Source: Octopus sinensis
Lineage: Eukaryota
Direction: 5' to 3'
Assembly: GCF_006345805.1 (NCBI RefSeq)
Contig: NC_043025.1
Coordinates: forward strand, 9,238,001 to 9,302,000
Length of the DNA: 64,000 bases
A program made the translations under genes and the position numbers. This document shows, in pieces, positions 57,057 to 64,000 of the stretch; the first letter of the stretch is position 1; each line of letters starts with the position of its first letter. The notes below the pieces were generated by a model, which was not told the origin of the DNA, searched no databases, and was given only the letters and a program-made list of their open reading frames with translations.

Positions 57057-57780
57057 TACTGGGTTAGTAAAAATAGTGCGTAGCGTTTTTTAAGTAAAAT
57101 TCATTTACAATAATCAGGTAGCTGTACATACCTTTACTCAACTACATATTTTCCATTTTACTCCACTACCTTTCGCCATCTCTGAGGCAGCTTCACGATC
57201 CCTTCCTCCCAGAACTTGGTATCCTTCTGGCTGTTGAATCGATGTAAGATTTTATAGAACTGAACTTCTTCCCAACAAGGATCAGAATAAATGATAATCA
57301 GAAAGTGCAAGCTCAGGTGAGTATGGTGGGTAGGGTAGGACATTACATTCAAGCTGTGTCAATTTTTGCCTGGTCTGCAAAGAAACGTGCGGTCAAGCGT
57401 TGCCCGAATGTAAGACGATACCTTTTCGGTTGGACAATTCCGGATATTTTTCATCAATTGCCTCCTTTTATCAGTCTAATCTGGAACAATAGTAGTCTGA
57501 ATGTAACGTCTGATTTTGTGAACGTAGCTCGTAATATAAAATAACCTTCCAATCTCACCAGATATAGAGCATCACCTTCTTTGGATACAGACTAGGTTTT
57601 GGAAAAATTGAAGGTGGTTCATCTCGTTTTTCCCAGGACGTTTTTCTTTTATGGTATTAAAAATAACCCATTTCTCATCACACGTCAACATTCTTTTCAC
57701 AAATGGACCATTTCTTTCTCCTGAGCAGAGAACTGCAAGTGGAAATGCGCACTTTTAAGTTTGTTTTTTTCTGTTAAGTT
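57057..57780 (-). mobile_element. Mariner transposon 3' fragment
   Basis: Remnants TCDEKWV and FWEEGIVKLPQRWRKVVE; TIR-like end TACTGGGTTAGTAAAAATAG. Confidence 0.75.
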
Positions 57781-58725
57781 ATGATGCTCTCGTACGAGCG
57801 ATAGCGAGGGCCACAAATCTCGCCGAGACGAACGAGGAAATCGTTACTAAATTCAATCTTCCACCGATCCGGCCGGGAGAGACCGCATACATTCAGTATG
57901 TCCACTAAGTCCAGGCAAATAGGTGGGAATCTCAGGTGGTACAGGAGGTTTGATCCAATCGGGAACTGTTGGATGTCACGACCGGGCAGGATATCTAAGA
58001 AGTGTTATATTTTTAATGCTGTGTATTGTGCCTCCCAAACGAAGCTTCGCCGTAGTCATTTCGAGAATATGCGCTTGGTCCAATTGAGTGCGTATGTCCA
58101 TCTGTTATGCACCAAGGGAAACCTACTGCTGCCGAATCGACCCTCTACAATATCTCGAGGCATAAGAGTGAACGAGTCGATCGATGTTTCGATAAATGGC
58201 CGTAGTAAATCCGATACGTTTTACGTGCTACGCATTGTGCCGCCAAATCGAACATACACCATAGCCTCTAAGAATCGATCGATCCCAAGTGTTTGATCGT
58301 GTTATACGTTAAGTGATTTCTGTTGCTGCAATAGCCGCCTATGCTCTGTCTCGCGACCTCATTGTGTACAAGGCTAAGGATTTGCGTCTTCACCAGATCG
58401 AGTACTAGTTTGTGTGTTCTTGTGTCTTTTAAGTAATGAGTATTCCGCCGCTAAGTCGAAGCTTCTTCGCAGCCACTAAAACATTTAGAAGTATATCGCA
58501 GCCGCTTGGAATACGCGCCGAAACAAGTGCCTGTATGTGTTGCCTGGTGATATGCATCCTGTGAGTGCATCAGTTACCGGATGCTTTGTATCGGGATGTC
58601 AGAGCGAACGACTCGAGCGAATCGCCAAATAAAGGCAAGAGTACGTCCGATAGACTCTCAAGTGGTGCTTAGGGCGCCGCCGAATCGAGGCACTGCTTCA
58701 CATTAAGTCAATTAAGTCACTCTGA

Positions 58726-58866
<141 letters not shown>

Positions 58867-60594
58867 TATATAAATTTATATGTATATGTATATCTATATA
58901 TATATACATATACATACATACATACATACGTATATATATATATATATATATATATATTACGGAAAAGGCTTTTCCTATAGTTTTCAAATGCGTAATACCT
59001 CCAAAACTGATTGTGCATAGTGCCCACAAAATCGACTAAAATAGGCTCGGAGGGGGAAGATTGGGAGTGGAGGGGGAGACATTTCATTTTGTTTCTTGTT
59101 AAAAAGATTCTCCACATTATTTCCAAGGGCACCGTGAATAAAAAGGACCCTGAAAAATCCGTGAAAACAAAGAAATTCTAACTTAATGAGGTACCTATCG
59201 CTGACGTCCGACAAATTTTCGTTAAATCAGAATTATTTTCTGTCCCTTAAACAAATATAGGTCCAAATTTGAGGAGAACTTATAACTGAATCCGAGGACC
59301 TTTCATGCCAAGTTTGAAAATGATTCGCTCACAGGATTTAAATGCATTGGTAACAAAATAGAAGCAAATTCACACACACCTACACACACACTTATATATA
59401 TATATATATATACGAAGAAAATGGATAGAATAATCAATATATTTATTATAAAAGTCAATTCATGTTGCGTACGCGCCTCTTGGTTTATTACTTAAATGCA
59501 TATTTATGCAATTAAATTGCATTATGAATTTGAGAAAAGCAAAAGCCTTCATCAGGGACAAAGCTTACTGCTATCAGGGCAAACATTGACTGTTATATTT
59601 TCCATCCTAACGGATGGAGAGTTCATTCCAACTGAATTGTAGCGCGTATGTCTTAGATTCTGTTCTAAAAATAGCTAGAGGTTGATTTTGACCTCACTGA
59701 ACAAGGGGTAGGTATAGTTCAGAAGAACTAGGTTATGTTACTATTCACCCTTTTTGGTGGTGCTAATCAACTTTTTGCAAGCTAGCCATTATCTTCATCC
59801 CTATTCAGCTCTTTCTAACTGTATTTATAGAAGAAACTGTAATTACAAAATCATTACACTTGAAGTTATGGATTGAATACTGATCTATTTAACTGCTACA
59901 AAAAGGTGAAACAAACAGCCGAAAAAAACAACTCCCGCTTTGAAGTGCTCTCTGGAGAAGAGAGTATTCTCTACCAAAGTAAAAAAAAAAAACCACCAGA
60001 TATAATACTAACAGCTGTTAACGAAATTGGGGATGCATATTTACAGCAGTGTAATGAACCCTCATTCTGGCAGATTAACACCTATCTATATGCTCTGTCT
60101 ACTACTGCAAAGCAGTACATGAATGAGATTCAAAAAGGGAACAAAACTGAAACAACAATGAAATATAGTCATGAGGGGATATATACATATACCCTGATGG
60201 GCTTCTTTCAGTTTCTATCTACCAAATCCACTTACCAGACTTTAGTCGGCCTAAGGTTATAATAGGAAATAGTTGCTCTAGTTGTGATGCAGTCGGATTG
60301 AACCTAGAACCATGTGCTTGAGACTGAAGCTCCTTACCACGCAGCCACGCCTGTTTATAAATTTATTATTTCGTTCATTATTTTTCAACTTTATTTGTTC
60401 CAATGAGTGTTCTGCGACCATGCTGGGGCAACCTCTTGACCAGTTTTGCTTGAATGCATGTAGCGTAACACTTAATTTATTTTGTAAGTGTTGTACTTTT
60501 TGGTTCGGTGTCTATTGTCTAACTGCTAGGTTTCTGGGACGGAAGCAAAACAAGCGCAATGCTCATGTGGCAATGAAGGAAACGGTACAAAGTC

Positions 60595-61010
60595 ACACAC
60601 GTACAAATACAAATACAAACGCAAACAAACGTACACACACACTCACACACAAACACACACTTTCACTCTCAGACACACACACTCACTCTCACACACACAC
60701 TCACACACACACTCACACACACACTCACTCTCACACACACACTGTCACTCACTCTCACACACACACACACACTCACTCACACACACACACACTCACTCTC
60801 ACACACACACTCACACACACACACACACACACACTCACACACTCACTCACACACACATACACACTCACTCACACACTCACACACACTCACACACACACAC
60901 ACACACTCACTCTCACACTTTCACTCACACACAACCACACACTTTCACTCACACACACACACACTCACTCTCTCACACACACACACACACTCACTCTCTC
61001 ACACACACAT
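60595..61010. repeat. Complex (CA)n/(CACT)n microsatellite
   Basis: Direct reading. Confidence 0.95.
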
Positions 61011-61127
61011 ATGCGACGATCTTCCACGTAGTTTCCTTGTATCATTTCCATTTCAGGGCATTGGGAAATCCGGAGCTACCAAACATCTAAACCACAAAGA
61101 TCAATCTGCATCTATTTATTAATTATA

Positions 61128-62104
<977 letters not shown>

Positions 62105-62557
62105 CATATGTATATATATATATATACATATATATATATGTATATATATATATATACATAAATATATATATATATACATTAATATATATACATATATGTA
62201 TATTTTGTTATGTATATGGGTGATGCGTATATGTGTGAGCGTGTGTGTGTGTGAGTGCGCGTGCGCGCGCACGCGTAGTATGAGTGTGTCTTTGTAAGTG
62301 TGCGTGTATGTATGTATAACTATATGTGTATGCGTGTCTGTGTCTGTTCCCAACCACCGCTTCATAAACGGCGTTGGTGTACTTACGCCGCATGACGTAG
62401 TAATTCGACAAAATACACTGATGTAATAATCACAAGGCTTAGCAAAAAGAAAGGAAGGTTGGATTTGGGCGAATAAAATTTCTTTGAGGCGGTGCCCCAG
62501 CATGAGCGCAGTTATATAACTGAAATAAATAAATATGTGCTTTTTAAAAACATATAG

Positions 62558-64000
62558 GATTGGATGAAACAAATTTCCTACAAGATTTGAAGCAGAGTAT
62601 AGGAACTTTACGGAAAGAAAATGATTATAGTCAAGATTTTATTATTTTTGTAAAACTTGAATTGTTTCCGAAAGACTATTTAAAGACAAACATTTTACAA
62701 GACAAACAGAAAAGCATTGAGGCACCAAAAATAATCGATAGATTTCGTCCCCTTTGTCCGGTTGTCACCAGAGAAGCAGAGGTCGATGAATCTTGTGCGG
62801 ACGTACACAATGTTATATCCAATATTGTTGTCATTCAAGGGGGGAATAATAACATATTCCCGCCATTGTATGACAATATCTTGTGTGACAAGAGATGGTG
62901 GGAGAAATGATGTTCATTGCCCATCGTCTGTCACCAATATCACCAGAATCGGACGAGACACAGTTCTAGCCAGTCTTCCATTTAAGAAAATGATTCTTAT
63001 CAATCCCACAAATTTTAAAATTACAAAAAAAACTTCAACTAGGTTTATTCCTGGTATCATATTTACAACATTCTACATTTATAGGTGTAGAAATATTTGA
63101 TAAGACCATATACCTTATTGATTGGGATGATAATACAATTAGAAAACAATACATAGTCAAAGAGGTACCAGCAGATATTGCTGTAGGACCGCAGAGTAAA
63201 ATTTTAATAGCATTTTCCAACATTAGCAAAGTATCCTGTTGTAATTTGGATGGCCATCAGTTATTTGAAGTAGACATCCATTATCTGTACCTAGCAACCA
63301 GCATCACCGTGTACCAAACCAATTTTTATGTCCTACATGGACATATTATTTATAGAATTTCAGGTACAGGTGCTGTTTCAAAGAGGGAAATTGGCAGGAA
63401 ATACCGGTATATTTCCGTTGGAAGAAATACAATTTTTTTGACCGATTATTTCGGGGTTCCTCATGCTATTGGAACAAATGAAGACTTTTGGCCCCGTCTG
63501 TCACACTGCAACCAGCTACGTAGCCCATGTTTCAACAACTCTATTTATGTTGAGGATTGCTTTAATATTGCACAAAATCTACCTCTGTCAACATCTTCTA
63601 TATTAATAATCGACAGGAATAAGAAAGCTATAATATTCAATGATTCTGGAGAAATAATTAGCAAAAGTAATTTAACTTTTGTCTCCCATCTTTTGCAGAT
63701 TAACCTCAAACACATTTCTAGTCTTTTATCGCGAAATGAAAGGACTTCAGTGTATCACCTGTCCTGAACTAACCAAAAGCCCTTTGATAATACTTAACAC
63801 TGATGACATTAAGATATGTCCTATTGTATCAAAGAAATGTTTAGCTCTGACCACCAGAGATCCATATTCTATTGATTAAGGAAGAATTAGTTGACATAAT
63901 AGGAAGAATTTCTCTGGGACATGGTAATGTCACCATTGCAGCAACTCTAGTTAATTTTGTAGTCGCAGACAGAAGAAAAAATAAATTGGCATTTCATTCC
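62558..64000 (+). pseudogene. Frameshifted coding remnant, NHL/beta-propeller-like (resembles mollusc TRIM-associated propellers); continues past the window end
   Basis: Overlapping ORFs 62560-62910, 62762-63100, about 63030-63767, 63679-63879 and an open tail to 64000. Blade-like motifs include PADIAVGPQSKILIAFSNISKVSCCNLDGHQLF, SSILIIDRNKKAIIFNDSGEII and NFVVADRRKNKLAF. Possible acceptor catatag at 62557. Confidence 0.55.

Noticed and set aside
57898-58296. 132-aa ORF in the GC-rich block
   Set aside because: It has no recognisable motif or splice context, and its length is expected by chance at this GC content.
60312-61031. Longest ORF in the track (239 aa, HT-rich)
   Set aside because: It is made of SINE remnants and a (CA)/(CACT) tract.

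Overview
Eukaryotic, very AT-rich, microsatellite- and SINE-dense genomic DNA. The repeat landscape suggests a coleoid cephalopod, probably Octopus (inference only). Most ORFs in the supplied track are simple-repeat artefacts. The main feature is a multi-exon adhesion GPCR gene on the + strand, which I assembled by hand from AG/GT boundaries. Seventeen exons from 25964 to 55845 splice into one open frame (2469 nt, 822 aa). They encode a three-finger Ly6/uPAR-like Cys domain half, a SEA-like region, HormR, GAIN/GPS (CSCDHL|TSFALLM), 7TM and a C-terminal PDZ-type motif (ETNF). Four candidate upstream exons (LRR, LRR, LRRCT, first half of the LU domain) give an unusual LRR-LU-SEA-HormR-GAIN-7TM architecture, and three of them carry small frame disruptions. 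The true 5' end is not in the window. Introns hold decayed Tc1/mariner, Helitron, R4/Dong, CR1, RTE, Gypsy and Penelope-like elements, several Penelope-type hammerhead ribozyme motifs, a 144-bp foldback and a 214-bp direct repeat flanking the GAIN/GPS exons. A frameshifted beta-propeller-like coding remnant runs off the right end.
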